From an uncultured Rhodospirillaceae bacterium (GTDB lineage: Bacteria > Pseudomonadota > Alphaproteobacteria > MPNO01 > UBA2964): DNA of 59,261 nucleotides. Positions 57,401-59,261 of the stretch are shown piece after piece. How positions within the stretch are numbered: position 1 is the stretch's first letter; each line of letters begins with the position of its first letter. The notes beneath the pieces were generated by a model, which was not told the origin of the DNA, searched no databases, and saw only the letters and a list, made by a program, of their open reading frames with translations. The stretch is from positions 1-59,261 of the forward strand of contig CAJXEC010000004.1 of the NCBI GenBank assembly GCA_913052165.1, in the 5' to 3' direction. Both the position numbers and the translations under genes were made by a program.

Positions 57401-58245
57401 TTGTGCAAACCAGCAATGATGTCGAGGAACTCCGGATGGTCAGGACCCAGAATTCCGTGCCTAATGAAAAAATCAATATTGACTAAGGAGCAATTAAATT
57501 TGAAATCCAATGTTTCCGCGCAAATTTTCAGCACCTCTTCCGCTGGCAATAACTCGAAGGATTGGACCTCCCCATCGGTATTTTTGGGGGTAAAATTCTC
57601 AGGCATTTCCATATCAAACACAAACATGACATCCGGTTTAACACCCCCCGAAAAACCGTGACAATATTTAATAGCCCCTACGGAAATGGCTTGGTTTGCA
57701 ATTGACCTTGGAACAGAGGCTTCTTCATAAGCTTCTTTGAGCACATTTTCACGTAGTCCAATGCCAACTGGTTGCCCGCCGGCCACCATATTATCGAGTT
57801 TTCCAGGATAAGTTGCCTTGTCTTGGGCCCTCTGCCCTATCCAAAGATGTACCGAACCTGATTTTTTTATGAAGCCATTTACGTGAATACCGTAGCCTCG
57901 GATCCCAAAACGAGGTACCGCTGCTCTCTCTATTTCAAACAAGGGCTCTCCGTAGAAGCTAGTTCCTACTGCATAAGCCTCATTCCGCCACCCCTCAAAC
58001 CAACCTTTTGCACACAGGTCTCTCGTTACCCGCGCAACGGCTCTCGTCCTATCCTCATAGGTTTTCAGCTCTGAGACGAGCGAAACACCATCGGGGCCAA
58101 ACGAAAACACCTCGGGGTATGCGGCCAGGATTGATGCAAATTTGCCATTCAGCCATCCCACTCGGATACCCCCCGTAAAAAAGGCTAGATATTCGCCCAA
58201 ATTGCCGGCGTTATTGCACTCCTTAATTCTGTCTAAAAGAGACAT
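57397..58245 (-). CDS. NUDIX hydrolase with DUF4743 domain
   Basis: GWRNEAY, IERAA..FG, LDNMVAGG, KEAYEEA, DGEV. Confidence 0.85.
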   Translation of the reverse strand: MSLLDRIKECNNAGNLGEYLAFFTGGIRVGWLNGKFASILAAYPEVFSFGPDGVSLVSELKTYEDRTRAVARVTRDLCAKGWFEGWRNEAYAVGTSFYGEPLFEIERAAVPRFGIRGYGIHVNGFIKKSGSVHLWIGQRAQDKATYPGKLDNMVAGGQPVGIGLRENVLKEAYEEASVPRSIANQAISVGAIKYCHGFSGGVKPDVMFVFDMEMPENFTPKNTDGEVQSFELLPAEEVLKICAETLDFKFNCSLVNIDFFIRHGILGPDHPEFLDIIAGLHN

Positions 58246-58325
58246 ACTGACCTTGCTTTCTCCACCTATTACGCGACAAAATGCCAAGCTATTCAAGTAA
58301 AGCGTTCGTGGTCTAAAGTTACAAT

Positions 58326-58514
58326 ATGGTTTTTTCGATTATCCTTGTCATCGCGATGGCGGCAACCCTAATAGTTTTGGTTATGGGAGTTGTCGGAATG
58401 ATCCATCAAGGCCCCTTTAACTCGAAATGGTCTAATCGCTTGATGAGGCTTAGAGTTTTTTTTCAACTGGCAGCTTTAGCGCTATTGGGACTGGCCTTTC
58501 TGTTAGGCACCTAA
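58326..58514 (+). CDS. HIG1-domain twin-TM small protein
   Basis: SNRLMRLRVFFQ motif, two TM helices. Confidence 0.85.
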   Translation: MVFSIILVIAMAATLIVLVMGVVGMIHQGPFNSKWSNRLMRLRVFFQLAALALLGLAFLLGT

Positions 58515-58550
58515 GTGCAAATCAAGCTTATTTTGCAATGCAAAGTCTCC

Positions 58551-58578
58551 TTGACAGCTTTAAGCGGAGAGGTAGGTT
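58551..58578 (+). promoter_or_regulatory. Putative sigma70 promoter of etfB
   Basis: TTGACA-16 bp-TAGGTT. Confidence 0.35.
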
Positions 58579-58645
58579 GGCGTCTTTAAAATGAAAGTCA
58601 GTTTGTGAACATCAAACCAAGACAAAATAGTTGGAGCAGAAAAGC

Positions 58646-59261
58646 ATGAAAATCTTGGTCGCGGTAAAACGGGTCGTTGATTACAATGTAAAAGTCCGTG
58701 TTAAGAGCGATAAGACGGGTGTTGAGCTCGCTAATGTGAAAATGTCTATGAACCCGTTCGATGAAATCGCGGTAGAGGAGGCGATTAGGCTTCGAGAAGC
58801 TGGAACTGCATCAGAGGTAGTCGCTATCTCAATGGGAGAGGCAAAGTGCACCGAAACAATTCGCACTGCGATGGCCATGGGCGCGGACAGGGGGGTCCAT
58901 GTGCTGACCGATGCAGAACTACAACCACTCTCCGTAGCAAAACTTCTTGTGGCCTTGGCGAAAGAAGAGAGACCGGATCTCATCATTCTTGGAAAACAAG
59001 CAATCGATGATGATTGCAGTCAAACTGGCCAAATGGTCGCTGCCTTGCTGAATTGGCCTCAGGGTACCTTCGCATCGAACGTAGCCATCGCGGAGAAGAA
59101 TGTGCATGTCACACGGGAGATTGATGGTGGCCTGGAAATACTCGAGCTGACACTCCCAGCCGTTATTACAACAGATCTGCGGCTCAACGAGCCTAGATAT
59201 GCGTCGCTCCCAAATATTATGAAGGCTAAAAAGAAACCGATAGAAGAATTTAGTCCAGACG
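58646..59261 (+). CDS. etfB: Electron transfer flavoprotein beta subunit (truncated by the window end)
   Basis: Manual translation [20 protein letters not shown]...[14 protein letters not shown]...[13 protein letters not shown]...[22 protein letters not shown]. Confidence 0.96.
   Translation, partial: MKILVAVKRVVDYNVKVRVKSDKTGVELANVKMSMNPFDEIAVEEAIRLREAGTASEVVAISMGEAKCTETIRTAMAMGADRGVHVLTDAELQPLSVAKLLVALAKEERPDLIILGKQAIDDDCSQTGQMVAALLNWPQGTFASNVAIAEKNVHVTREIDGGLEILELTLPAVITTDLRLNEPRYASLPNIMKAKKKPIEEFSPD

Noticed and set aside
1-59261. CRISPR arrays, rRNA, IS elements, prophage
   Set aside because: No regularly spaced repeats, rRNA-like tracts, transposases or phage genes were seen.

Overview
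Alphaproteobacterial chromosomal segment, most consistent with a Rhodospirillales-type organism (taxon inferred from gene content and synteny only). The left part (1-23.1 kb) is mostly conserved housekeeping: ybjN-like, ubiK, rfaD-lgt-midA-pgeF, prs-rplY-pth-ychF, petABC, trmL-hemF, cca-nudix-DUF1285 and a MoxR/DUF58/vWA operon. The centre (23.1-49 kb) is an accessory catabolic region with two paralogous TRAP systems, a branched-chain-type ABC transporter, a GST and a hydroxycinnamoyl-CoA hydratase-lyase. It also holds a long UbiD-family decarboxylase divergent from a non-CODH molybdenum hydroxylase plus an atypical crotonase, Zur, an AqpS-like channel, TauD dioxygenases and an SDR pseudogene. 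The right part has a glycosyltransferase, tRNA-Leu(CAA), yqaA-dsbB-coq7, an HNH gene, a third TauD, a triply lesioned alpha/beta-hydrolase pseudogene, VOC, alkA, nudix, HIG1 and the start of etfB. No integrase, transposase, prophage or CRISPR array was seen. The best candidate for an undescribed system is the UbiD/Mo-hydroxylase/crotonase/TRAP module, which has an hmf-like architecture and an unknown substrate. Notable non-coding signals are 31-bp-spaced NrdR-like box pairs at two non-nrd genes, a RegA/RegR-type palindrome at petA, and back-to-back Shine-Dalgarno sites at the DUF1285/moxR junction. All protein calls rest on motif recognition by eye, not database searches.
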